This document shows, piece after piece, positions 34,343 to 43,468 of a stretch of 64,000 nt of DNA; within the stretch, counting starts at the first letter, position 1, and each line of letters opens with the position of its first letter. The stretch is from Gemmatimonadales bacterium (GTDB lineage: Bacteria > Gemmatimonadota > Gemmatimonadetes > Gemmatimonadales > GWC2-71-9), in NCBI GenBank assembly GCA_036002045.1, contig DASYTT010000121.1, positions 95 through 64,094 on the forward strand, read 5' to 3'. The position numbers and the translations under genes are program-made. The notes under the pieces are model-generated. The model was not told where the DNA came from, did no database searches, and saw only the letters and a list, made by a program, of their open reading frames with translations.

Positions 34343-35172
34343 AATACCTCCGGTACACTGCGGGTTACGCCGTGCGGTAACTCGAGGTCGTCGCTCAGCT
34401 CTCCGGATTCCGCGCGGCGCAACAGCTCCTGCGCGACCCCCAGGTAACTCTTGGCTCCCACCGATTGCACGTCGTACATCAGGATCGGCTTGCCGAAGCT
34501 GGGCGCCTCTGCCAGCCGCACGTTGCGGGGGATGACCGTGCGGAACATCTTCGGCCCGAAATACTCCTTGGCATCTTTCGCCACCTGCCGACACAGATTG
34601 AGCCGAGAGTCGTACATGGTGAGCAGCACGCCATCCAGGGCTAGCTCAGGGTTGAAGTTCTGCTGGACCAGGCGAATCGTGTTGAGCAATTGCGAGATGC
34701 CTTCGAGCGCATAGTACTCACACTGGATCGGGATAATCACGCCGTGCGCGGCGGCGAGGACGTTAAGGGTGATCAGCCCGAGCGAGGGAGGACAATCGAT
34801 GATGATGTAATCGAAGGCCGGGAGCACCGGCCGCAGCGCCTCGCGCAGCCGAGCTTCCCGGCTGTCGACATTCACGAGCTCGAGTTCGGCACCAACCAGA
34901 TCCTGGGTGGCGGGCAGGATCGCCAGGTAGGGCAGTTCGCTATCCTGCTGGACCGCGCTCTCGGCGGGACGCCCATCCACGAGCACATCATAGAGAGAGG
35001 GGCGCGAGGGATCCTTGGGAACCCCCACCCCGCTGGTGGCGTTCCCTTGTGGATCGGCATCGACTAGCAGGGTCCGCCGTTCCGCGGTCGCCAGCGAGGC
35101 GGCCAAGTTGACCGCAGTGGTCGTCTTGCCGACGCCGCCCTTCTGATTGGCGATCGCGATGGTTCGGGCCAT
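34339..35172 (-). CDS. parA: Chromosome partitioning ATPase ParA/Soj
   Basis: Track ORF. Deviant Walker A IAIANQKGGVGKTTT. DADPQGNAT, IIIDCPPSLG. Confidence 0.95.
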   Translation of the reverse strand: MARTIAIANQKGGVGKTTTAVNLAASLATAERRTLLVDADPQGNATSGVGVPKDPSRPSLYDVLVDGRPAESAVQQDSELPYLAILPATQDLVGAELELVNVDSREARLREALRPVLPAFDYIIIDCPPSLGLITLNVLAAAHGVIIPIQCEYYALEGISQLLNTIRLVQQNFNPELALDGVLLTMYDSRLNLCRQVAKDAKEYFGPKMFRTVIPRNVRLAEAPSFGKPILMYDVQSVGAKSYLGVAQELLRRAESGELSDDLELPHGVTRSVPEVL

Positions 35173-35292
35173 TATTGGATTGGTAGCTAAATCCTAGTAT
35201 TATAAAGCGTTACAGGCAAATGCCATGAAATGAATCATAAATTTACTAGGTTAGATCCATCAATATAGGACCCAAGCTTGGATCTGTCAGGC

Positions 35293-35308
35293 AATTTCAC
35301 GTGAAACC
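35293..35308. other. parS: parS-like centromere site
   Basis: AATTTCACGTGAAACC compared with the canonical TGTTTCACGTGAAACA. The palindromic core TTTCACGTGAAA is perfect. Confidence 0.75.
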
Positions 35309-35380
35309 TACCATTTAAACCCAGCCCAATCCTTCGCAGACCTAAATGAAGCATCGACCAGATTCCGTCGGATCCGGTTC

Positions 35381-35396
35381 GTTTTCACGTGAAACA
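35381..35396. other. parS: parS site
   Basis: GTTTTCACGTGAAACA matches the canonical TGTTTCACGTGAAACA at 14 of 16 positions. It lies 12 nt downstream of the mnmG stop. Confidence 0.85.
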
Positions 35397-35408
35397 GACT
35401 ACTGGGGA

Positions 35409-37283
35409 TTATTTCTGAGCGCGGAGGCTTCTGCCGCGAAATTTGATTACCTCGACGACCAGATTCTGCAAATCACTTGGGGATACACCGGGGATCCGGC
35501 CTGCTTCCCCCAAGCTGCGAGGACGACGTTGATCCAGCTTCTCACGTGCCTCCGTGGAGAGACTCTCGACTCCGGCAAATACAAGCCCAGCGGGAATCTC
35601 AAACTCTTCAAGTTTACTCAAGCGTTCTGCGGCTTCCCTTTCGCGCTGGATATAGCCTCCGTAGCGGAGCTCGATCGAGGCCCACTCAGCCGCCTCCGCT
35701 CCCTCGGCGTTATCGGCAGCCCGAAGCAACTTTTCGAGCTGCACTTGGGGGCGTCGAGCCAGCTCAGCCACACGAACTGGCTCGGTGATCCCAGGGCCAG
35801 AGGTCTCCCGCAGAATGGGATTCGCCAACTCGGGAGTAATGGCTGACTGGTGGGCGAACGCCAGTACTCGATCCTCGGCTTCCAATCGGGCGCTGGCAGT
35901 GCGCTCTTCCTGCTCCGAGAGCAGTCCCAAGCTCTCGGCGATCGGATACAGCCGGCGCAGCGCATTGTCCTGTCGCAACAGGAGCCGGAATTCCGCTCGC
36001 GAGGTAAAGAGGCGATAGGGCTCGTCGACTCCTCGGCTGACCAAATCGTCCACCAAGACCCCCAGAAAGGCCTGATCCCGCCGGAACACGACCGGCGCCT
36101 TCTGAAGCGCGGCCGCCGCCGCATTAAGGCCGGCGACGACTCCCTGGCCAGCTGCCTCCTCATATCCTGTTGTGCCATTGACTTGGCCCGCAAAATAGAG
36201 TCCCTCTATTCCGCGAACCTGAAGAGTCGTCGTGAGCTGCGTCGGAGGGAAGTAGTCATACTCGATCGCATACCCCGGGCGGGTCATCTCCACTTGTTCG
36301 AGACCTGGGACCGAGCGCAAATAGGCCAGCTGGACCTGCGGCGGTAGCGAGGTCGAAAGCCCGTTGACATAAAGCTCCGACGTGTCGAGTCCCTCAGGCT
36401 CCAGGAAAACCTGGTGACGTGCGGCGTGCGGGAAGCGCACGATCTTGTCCTCGATCGATGGGCAGTATCGTGGACCCCTGCCGCTGATCGCCCCCCCATA
36501 CATCGCCGACTCGCTCAGGTGCGCCGAGACGATCTCCCGCAGCCGCTCGGTGGTGTGGGTGAGGTAACAGGGCAACTGCTGCGGGTGCTCCAGGCGCTCG
36601 TAGAAGGAGAACCAGTACGGCTCAACCTCCCCGTCTTGGCGCAGGAGCCGGTCCAGCTGAACCGTCCGACCATCTACTCTTGGGGGGGTTCCAGTCTTGA
36701 AGCGTTCGATCGTAATGCCAAGTGCCGCAACGGCTTGGGAGATTTCACCAGCCGGTGCCTCCCCCGCCCGACCCGCCGGAATCCGCGTGGTAAGGCCTAC
36801 CCGGATCTCCCCGCGGATGAACGTCCCGGCGGTGAGCACAATCGCTCTGCCGCGGTAGCGGCGTCCGTCGCTCGTCTCCACCCCGGCGACTCGGCCGCCC
36901 TCGAGTAGAAAGCGGGCGACTGTGCCTTGGGCAAATCCCAGCCGCGCCAGCCGTTCCAGTTGCGAGCGAACCGCGCGCCGGTAGAGTCCCCGATCGCACT
37001 GGGCACGCGGCGACCAGACTGCAGGGCCCTTGGAGCGATTGAGCATCCGGAATTGGATCCGGGCAAGGTCGGTCGCTCGGCCCATAATTCCGCCCAATGC
37101 ATCCACTTCGCGCACCACCGTGCCCTTGGCAATGCCCCCGATAGCCGGATTGCAGGACATCTGCCCAATGGTTTCCAGGTTCTGCGTCAGCAACAAGGTG
37201 CGCACTCCGGAGCGCGCTGCCATCGCGCACGCTTCGGCCCCCGCATGCCCGCCGCCAATGACGATCACGTCGTATTCGTGCAT
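35409..37283 (-). CDS. mnmG: tRNA uridine-5-carboxymethylaminomethyl(34) synthesis enzyme MnmG (GidA)
   Basis: Track ORF. YDVIVIGGGHAGAEA, GQMSCNPAIGGIAKG, PRYCPSIEDK and full-length colinearity. Confidence 0.97.
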   Translation of the reverse strand: MHEYDVIVIGGGHAGAEACAMAARSGVRTLLLTQNLETIGQMSCNPAIGGIAKGTVVREVDALGGIMGRATDLARIQFRMLNRSKGPAVWSPRAQCDRGLYRRAVRSQLERLARLGFAQGTVARFLLEGGRVAGVETSDGRRYRGRAIVLTAGTFIRGEIRVGLTTRIPAGRAGEAPAGEISQAVAALGITIERFKTGTPPRVDGRTVQLDRLLRQDGEVEPYWFSFYERLEHPQQLPCYLTHTTERLREIVSAHLSESAMYGGAISGRGPRYCPSIEDKIVRFPHAARHQVFLEPEGLDTSELYVNGLSTSLPPQVQLAYLRSVPGLEQVEMTRPGYAIEYDYFPPTQLTTTLQVRGIEGLYFAGQVNGTTGYEEAAGQGVVAGLNAAAAALQKAPVVFRRDQAFLGVLVDDLVSRGVDEPYRLFTSRAEFRLLLRQDNALRRLYPIAESLGLLSEQEERTASARLEAEDRVLAFAHQSAITPELANPILRETSGPGITEPVRVAELARRPQVQLEKLLRAADNAEGAEAAEWASIELRYGGYIQREREAAERLSKLEEFEIPAGLVFAGVESLSTEAREKLDQRRPRSLGEAGRIPGVSPSDLQNLVVEVIKFRGRSLRAQK

Positions 37284-37426
37284 GGCCGAAAGCTAAGGGA
37301 TCAGGATTCAGCGCGCGGCTCTGCTGCCAGCGGCCAATAGCCAAGAGCCGCGAGCCAACGTAAGTTCTCGCCGTACCGGATAGCGCAGTTTGACCTTGAG
37401 CCCTGGCAATTTAGGGAGGTTCACGC

Positions 37427-38062
37427 ATGGCCATTCGATTGGGCGACGACGCCCCCAACTTCACCGCCGACACTACAATGGGACCGATCAATTTTCACGA
37501 GTGGAAAGGCAATGCTTGGGCGGTGCTCTTCAGCCACCCGAAAGATTTCACCCCGGTGTGCACTACGGAGTTGGGTCGCGCCGCAGAGCTCAAGGGGGAA
37601 TTTGACAGACGCAACACCAAGATCATCGGCCTGAGCGTTGATCCGGTGGATTCGCATCGGAAATGGGAGGGTGACATCAAGGATGTCACCGGCCACCAAG
37701 TGAACTTTCCCATGATCGGCGACCCTGATCGCAAAGTGGCGATGCTTTACGACATGATTCATCCCAGCGCCAGCGAGAATTTCACCGTCCGTTCCGTCTT
37801 CGTCATCGGCCCCGACAACAAGGTCAAACTGACCCTGACCTATCCTGCGAGCACCGGACGCAACTTCGAGGAGCTGCTCCGCGTCATTGACTCGCTCCAG
37901 CTCACGGCGGGATACTCGGTGGCGACACCCGTGGATTGGAAGCACGGCGAGGACGTGATCATCGTACCGGCGGTATCGGATGACGATGCCAAGAAGAAAT
38001 TCCCCAAGGGCTTCGTCGCCAAGAAACCCTATTTGCGGGTTACCCCTCAGCCGAACCGGTAA
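37427..38062 (+). CDS. 1-Cys peroxiredoxin (Prx6 type)
   Basis: Track ORF. WAVLFSHPKDFTPVCTTELG is the peroxidatic Cys motif. Length and C-terminal extension fit Prx6. RBS GGGAGG lies 7 nt upstream. Confidence 0.9.
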   Translation: MAIRLGDDAPNFTADTTMGPINFHEWKGNAWAVLFSHPKDFTPVCTTELGRAAELKGEFDRRNTKIIGLSVDPVDSHRKWEGDIKDVTGHQVNFPMIGDPDRKVAMLYDMIHPSASENFTVRSVFVIGPDNKVKLTLTYPASTGRNFEELLRVIDSLQLTAGYSVATPVDWKHGEDVIIVPAVSDDDAKKKFPKGFVAKKPYLRVTPQPNR

Positions 38063-38079
38063 ACCGCTCCAGATATTTC

Positions 38080-38119
38080 CCCGGGCAGCGTGGCGCTGGC
38101 TCTCTGCGCGCTGCCCGGG
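38080..38119 (+). terminator. GC-rich hairpin downstream of the peroxiredoxin gene
   Basis: CCCGGGCAGCG (38080-38090) pairs with CGCTGCCCGGG (38109-38119), an 11-bp stem with an 18-nt loop. No T-tract. Confidence 0.4.
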
Positions 38120-38259
38120 AGCGTGGGTGAGCCCGGCCACGCTGCTGTGCTCTTCCGTCCAGCCGCCTCAGCACGTGCCCGCCACTGGATCGGTAACCGT
38201 CACCTAGCCAAGTACTTCTTGACCGGAACCTCGACCGGCAGGCGGCTGATGCCCCTAGG

Positions 38260-40815
38260 GTGGCAATGATTCCGAGGCGGAGTTTCCCGCCCGCGCCCCT
38301 ATGCGGTACGGCTACCGTGCTGCTGGTAACTCTCCTCGCCATGCCCAGCTCAGGCGCAGCGCAAGCGGACTCTTCCCGTCGCTCCCCGGTCCGCCGGGCC
38401 GACCACGATCGCGATAGCGTAACGGTGATTCCGCACAGCGCGTTTGCGGTGGGCGGACTCCACCGGTTTCTGCTGGGAAACACCTACCGTCCACTTTGGA
38501 CGAAGCCGATCCGGATCCGCGTCGCCGATCTCGGGGGGGTCGAGGGCGGCCTTACCGCGGTGAAGCGAAGCAGCGCCGACGCAAGCCGCCCCTTCATGTT
38601 CCAGGCCGCCAATGGCAGCACCTTCGGCTTTCGAGCCCTCGTCAAGGACGCAACCCTGGACTGGCCCCCGAAGCTGCGCACCGCCGCCGCGAGGAAGCTC
38701 GCGCAGGATCAAATCAGCGGCACCGTGCCAGGCGGACCCTTGGCAATCGAGGTGCTCCAGCACGCGGCCGGGTTGATCCATCCCGATGTCCAGCTAGTGG
38801 TACTCCCGGACGATCCGCGGCTCGGGGAATGGCGCGCCGACTACGCCGGGCGCCCAGGTATTCTGGAGCAGCGCCTGCACGGCTCCGACGAGAATCCGGA
38901 AGAAGTGAAGGGAGCTCGCGAGCTGCTGGACAGCAAGGACTTGTTCGAGCGCCTGCGAACCGACGGCGCCAGCAGAGTCGACGCTCGGGCCTACCTGACC
39001 GCGCGTCTGGTGGACCTCCTCATTGGTGACTGGGATCGCCATGAAGGACAATGGACCTGGGCTCGCTTCGACGATGCGGCAGGTCACCGCTGGGTCCCTA
39101 TCCCCACCGATCGCGACTGGGCGTTCACACGTCTCGATGGTCTGCTCTGGTCCCTGGCCCGTTTCGCGGAGCCGAAGTTCACCAAATTCGACAGCCGTTT
39201 TAGCGGCCTCGGCGGACTCACCAAGCGCTCTACCGCGGTGGACCGGCGGCTGCTGGTGAGCCTCGATCGTGCCGCATGGGATTCAGTGACCAAACGCCTG
39301 GTCAGCCGCCTCAACGACAAGGTGATTGAACGCGCGATGGCAGCGCTTCCGCCGGGCTACGATCGCAACGTTGTAGCCTGGCTCACCGAGGCCTTGCAGC
39401 ACCGCCGCGATGAATTGCCCAGCATCGCGAACGCCTTCTATCGCCAGCTCGCAGACGTCGTGGAGATCTGGGCGACGGAAGGAGCCGATCGGATCGAGCT
39501 CGCCCAAGCGCGCGACAGCAGCCTCACGCTGACGGTGGAGCGCATGGCGGGACAGAGCCGCTGGCGTCGGCACTTCCTGCCGGCCGAGACGCAAGAGATT
39601 CGTGTCTACACGCTGGGCGGCGCCGACCGAGTGACTGGGGCGAGCACCGAGGCGATTCGGATCCGCATTGTCGATGACGGGGGCGGGCCGCTCTCTATCG
39701 CGACCTCGATTACCGCTTCGGTGTATGACTCGACGCGGACGTTTAATCCGCCCGGCAAACCCCACAGCCCCGAGGCGATGTTGCGCGACTGGGGCGCGAC
39801 GCTCGGTATCGCGCCCTGGCTGGACTACTGGACCAACGTGGGGTTGGTATTGGGCGGGGGGCCGATGCTGACTCGCTACGGCTTCCGTCGGGCTCCTTTT
39901 GCGTCGCAGCTGGCCGTCCGGGCGGCCTATGCCACGGGGATCACCGGTATCAACGTGGATTTCAGGGGCGACTTTCGATTCGAATCTCCAGGACGCCGCC
40001 TGCTCCTCAGGGGAACTGCATTCAGCTCGGACGCGGTCCGCTACTTCGGACTGGGCAATGAAACCAAGCCGGTCGAGCCGGTCCCCTTCTATGTAGTGCG
40101 CCGGAACAGCTACAGCTTCGAGCCGAAGCTGTCGCTCGGAATGAAGGGGAAGACCGAATTCTCGATCGGAGGTTTCGTGCGCAACTCCGACACGGACCAG
40201 CGGCGTCAGACGCTGGCGGCCGCCGAGCGGCCCTATGGCTTCGGGAACTTCACCGAAGTCGGGGCCAGTGCCGGCTGGGAACTGGACCTGCGCGACAATC
40301 CAGGCTACCCGAACTTGGGTCTACGCGTTCAACTGAATGGAGAGTTTTTCCCCGCCATAGCCGACGTCGCAGCCTCTTTCGCGGTTTTCGAGGGCACGAT
40401 CGCCGGCTTCGCGACGGCGGGGTTCCTGCCGGGCAGGCCCACCCTCGCCCTCCGAGCTGGTGCCAGCAAGGACTGGGGCGACTCGCCCTTCTTCGAAGCT
40501 CCTTCTCTCGGCGGACGTCACTCCCTCAGAGGATTTCTTCCCGGGCGCTTCATCGGGGACGCTGCCTTGTATGGAAGCGGCGAGCTTCGGCTTGACCTCG
40601 GCGCGTCTCCGGTAATCCCGGGGGAGTGGGGGATCTTCGGGCTCGGCGACCTCGGACAGGTCTACCTGGACGGCGAAGCTTCGAGCACCTGGCACAGGGG
40701 ATGGGGTGCCGGTCTCTGGCTCGCGATCGTCGAGCGGAAGAACACGGTCACTTTCACTTATGCGCGGAGTGGTGAGGCGGCCCGAATCTACGCCACATTC
40801 GGGTTTCATTTCTAA
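38260..40815 (+). CDS. Large outer-membrane protein: uncharacterised N-terminal domain + Omp85/surface-antigen-type beta-barrel (paralogue 1)
   Basis: Track ORF with a signal-like N-terminus. Conserved blocks LLIGDWDRHEGQWTW and VPIPTDRDWAF are present. The C-terminus has an alternating beta pattern, GGRHSLRGF..RFIGD and a terminal GFHF. Confidence 0.8.
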   Translation: MAMIPRRSFPPAPLCGTATVLLVTLLAMPSSGAAQADSSRRSPVRRADHDRDSVTVIPHSAFAVGGLHRFLLGNTYRPLWTKPIRIRVADLGGVEGGLTAVKRSSADASRPFMFQAANGSTFGFRALVKDATLDWPPKLRTAAARKLAQDQISGTVPGGPLAIEVLQHAAGLIHPDVQLVVLPDDPRLGEWRADYAGRPGILEQRLHGSDENPEEVKGARELLDSKDLFERLRTDGASRVDARAYLTARLVDLLIGDWDRHEGQWTWARFDDAAGHRWVPIPTDRDWAFTRLDGLLWSLARFAEPKFTKFDSRFSGLGGLTKRSTAVDRRLLVSLDRAAWDSVTKRLVSRLNDKVIERAMAALPPGYDRNVVAWLTEALQHRRDELPSIANAFYRQLADVVEIWATEGADRIELAQARDSSLTLTVERMAGQSRWRRHFLPAETQEIRVYTLGGADRVTGASTEAIRIRIVDDGGGPLSIATSITASVYDSTRTFNPPGKPHSPEAMLRDWGATLGIAPWLDYWTNVGLVLGGGPMLTRYGFRRAPFASQLAVRAAYATGITGINVDFRGDFRFESPGRRLLLRGTAFSSDAVRYFGLGNETKPVEPVPFYVVRRNSYSFEPKLSLGMKGKTEFSIGGFVRNSDTDQRRQTLAAAERPYGFGNFTEVGASAGWELDLRDNPGYPNLGLRVQLNGEFFPAIADVAASFAVFEGTIAGFATAGFLPGRPTLALRAGASKDWGDSPFFEAPSLGGRHSLRGFLPGRFIGDAALYGSGELRLDLGASPVIPGEWGIFGLGDLGQVYLDGEASSTWHRGWGAGLWLAIVERKNTVTFTYARSGEAARIYATFGFHF

Positions 40816-40846
40816 GGGGAGATTATTCAAACCAGGGGGTGCCTGC

Positions 40847-40868
40847 GGGGGACCGAAGACCGTCCCCC
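40847..40868 (+). terminator. Hairpin between the two Omp85-like paralogues
   Basis: GGGGGAC (40847-40853), an 8-nt loop, then GTCCCCC (40862-40868). Confidence 0.35.
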
Positions 40869-40908
40869 AGTGTAGAGGGCGCGCGCCATTCGGCGCTGCG
40901 CCCCGCTG

Positions 40909-43437
40909 GTGAAGTGCCAGCGCTCACCCTTGCAGGCGGGTGTCATGGTCGTAGCCGGCATCGCGCTCCTGACTTTGCTGCAAGCTGCACAACTCAGCGA
41001 ACCGGTTGTGCCTGGCAGCAAGGTCGCGCTGAAGCCGGGGCCTCAATACGAAGCGGGATGGTTTCGCCGCTTCCTGTTCGGCAAGGGCTGGCGGCAACTG
41101 TGGATGACGGAGATCGAAGTGCCGGTTGCGGCCCTGGACACGCTTCGGGGAGGGCTCACGGCCTATGATCGTGGGGGCGGAGGCCAAACCTTGGCGCTCC
41201 GCTTTTGTACGCCTGACGGCCGCATCTATCAGTTTCGTTCCGTCGACAAGAACCCGGGCCAATTGGCGAAGGGGTTTCGCCGTACCCCTCCAATCCGCTG
41301 GCTCTATCACAATCACATCAGTGCGATGTTCCCCGCCGGGGCGCTCGCCGTGGGAGGATTAGAGGAGGCCGCCGGCTTGCCGACGACCGAACGCTGGCTG
41401 GCCGTCATGCCCGACTCCCCGCGCGTGGGCAAATGGCGGGAGGATTTCAAAGGCATGCTGGGCACCTTCGAGCGCCGTCACATTCCCAGCGAAGAGTGTT
41501 TTCCCGAAGTGCACGAAGCGGAAGTGATCGCATCGGACACTCTGCTGGCGCGGATTCACGCGGATGGAGTGAACTGGGTTGACCAAAACAGCTACCTGAC
41601 AGCGCGCCTCCTCGATCTCCTCGTCAACGATCCCGACCGGCACGCCGAGCAATGGAGCTGGATACGCTCAGATCGTGATGGCCTGCACTGGTGGGTCCCG
41701 ATCCCGCGCGATCGGGATTGGGCCCTCGCCCACAACGATGGCCTCATCTACAACGTGGCCAGGCGGGTTTTCCCAGTTTGGATCAAGTTCGGCCCCGAAT
41801 ACCGCAGCATTCGGGGGCTCACGATGAAATCGGAATCACTCGACCGACTGCTCCTGGCCGGCATGGACCGTCGGGCGTGGGACACGGTGGCGGCGCACCT
41901 CCGCAGCCGGTTGAGCGACGAGACCATCACTGCGGCGGTCGCTACTCTTCCAGCTGAGTTCGACGACTCAACGACTGGTTATCTAGCGAAGAGCCTCATG
42001 AGCCGGCGGGATGCCCTGCCGGGAGCAGCGGACCGGTTCTATCGCGGGCTCGCTCAGGTGGTGGATATCCACGGCTCGGAGGGCTCGGAGCTCGTTGAGG
42101 CCAGTCGGGCACCTGATGGCTCGCTGGTGCTGGAGATGTTCGCGGCCAATCGCACTCCGGTGTGGCGGCGGCGATTTGTGCGGGAGGAGACCAGCGAGAT
42201 CCGGTTGTACTTCCGGGGCGGGGCCGACAGCATGCGGATCCGCGGTCACAAGGACGGGATCCCGCTCCGAGTGATCACCGGAGGCGGCGCCGACCTCGTG
42301 GCGGATTCGACGGGGGGCAGTGCTCTCCGGGTCTACGACGATTCGGGCAGTTCAACGGTCCAGGCAACTGGCCCGGTGCAACGCATCATGCGCCCCCCGG
42401 AGGCACTTCCCCACCGCGATTGGGGACATCGTATCAGTATGGCGCCCTGGATCGGCATCCGTCCGGAGCTTGGCGCCATCGTTGGAGCGGGACCCGTGTT
42501 CTACAGCTACGGGTTCCGCAAAGTACCCTACCAATCGCGGGTTGCCCTCCGCTTGGCGACCACGACCAAGGCGGGTGAGCTCAACGCCGACTTCAGGGCC
42601 GACATCCGCTTTGAGCGGCCCGACCGGCGCGTGCTCATCAAGGCGGCGGCCTTGAACGCGGACGTGATCCGGTTCTTCGGATTTGGAAACGAGACGACCC
42701 GGGCTCCCAGCAGCGGCTTTCACAACGTGATTCAGCAGGCCTATTCCCTCGAGCCGGTAGTCGAGCTTGGGATTGGCGGGCCGGCGCGATTCGAGCTCGG
42801 AGGACTGCTGCGCTGGTCGGAGACGGATGAGCAGCGGGTTACTCTGCTTACCGTCGAGCGGCCCTATGGAACCGGATCCTTCACCGAAGCCGGGGCCAGC
42901 GCGGCCTTCGTCATCGACTCCCGGGACGATGAGGATCTGCCCACCAAGGGGGTGACCCTCGAGCTCAGGGGCCGGGTGTTCCCCTCGATCCTGGACGTAC
43001 GCTCGGCATTTGGAACGATTGGGTTGGTGGGAACCTCGTATCACACCGCGCGCTCCATGCCGATGCAGCCCACCCTCGCGTTTCGGATCGGCGCCCAGCG
43101 AGCCCTCGGCACCCCGCCATTCTTCGAGGCGCCCGAGCTCGGCGGCTGGCTGAACTTCCGCGGTCTCACCACCCGTCGCTTCATCGGCGATGCCTCGCTC
43201 TATGCCAACGTCGATGTGCGGCTCAATCTCGGCGACTTGCTGGATGTCGGAAACTGGGGAGTGCTCGGGCTGGGCGACGTGGGACGCGTCTTCCAGGACG
43301 GCGAGAGCTCCACGCGCTGGCACTACTCACTGGGTGGAGGAGTCTGGACGACCGTCTCGAGCCATGTGTTTACGGCGACGCTTGCCAGCGGCGGCGAAAA
43401 GCTCCGCTTCTACGTCAAGAGCGGCTTTCACTTCTGA
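40909..43437 (+). CDS. Large outer-membrane protein, paralogue 2 of 38260..40815
   Basis: Track ORF (GTG 40909; ATG 40945 also possible). GGGGQTLALRF..YQFRSVDKN, LLVNDPDRHAEQWSW, VPIPRDRDWAL. C-terminal barrel ends with FYVKSGFHF. Confidence 0.8.
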   Translation: MKCQRSPLQAGVMVVAGIALLTLLQAAQLSEPVVPGSKVALKPGPQYEAGWFRRFLFGKGWRQLWMTEIEVPVAALDTLRGGLTAYDRGGGGQTLALRFCTPDGRIYQFRSVDKNPGQLAKGFRRTPPIRWLYHNHISAMFPAGALAVGGLEEAAGLPTTERWLAVMPDSPRVGKWREDFKGMLGTFERRHIPSEECFPEVHEAEVIASDTLLARIHADGVNWVDQNSYLTARLLDLLVNDPDRHAEQWSWIRSDRDGLHWWVPIPRDRDWALAHNDGLIYNVARRVFPVWIKFGPEYRSIRGLTMKSESLDRLLLAGMDRRAWDTVAAHLRSRLSDETITAAVATLPAEFDDSTTGYLAKSLMSRRDALPGAADRFYRGLAQVVDIHGSEGSELVEASRAPDGSLVLEMFAANRTPVWRRRFVREETSEIRLYFRGGADSMRIRGHKDGIPLRVITGGGADLVADSTGGSALRVYDDSGSSTVQATGPVQRIMRPPEALPHRDWGHRISMAPWIGIRPELGAIVGAGPVFYSYGFRKVPYQSRVALRLATTTKAGELNADFRADIRFERPDRRVLIKAAALNADVIRFFGFGNETTRAPSSGFHNVIQQAYSLEPVVELGIGGPARFELGGLLRWSETDEQRVTLLTVERPYGTGSFTEAGASAAFVIDSRDDEDLPTKGVTLELRGRVFPSILDVRSAFGTIGLVGTSYHTARSMPMQPTLAFRIGAQRALGTPPFFEAPELGGWLNFRGLTTRRFIGDASLYANVDVRLNLGDLLDVGNWGVLGLGDVGRVFQDGESSTRWHYSLGGGVWTTVSSHVFTATLASGGEKLRFYVKSGFHF

Positions 43438-43468
43438 GTGCCCCCAATGGGAAGCTATCCGCGCCCCG

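Noticed and set aside
35173-35408. The AT-rich spacer next to mnmG as the replication origin (oriC), by analogy with E. coli gidA-oriC.
   Set aside because: I found no TTATCCACA/TTWTNCACA DnaA boxes on either strand and no 13-mer-like repeats. The palindromes present are parS sites. dnaA is not in the window.
37284-37426. Possible OxyR/PerR operator or sigma-70 promoter (TTGACC at ~37389) in the mnmG/peroxiredoxin divergent region.
   Set aside because: There is no matching -10 element at a sensible spacing, and I could not support any dyad symmetry.
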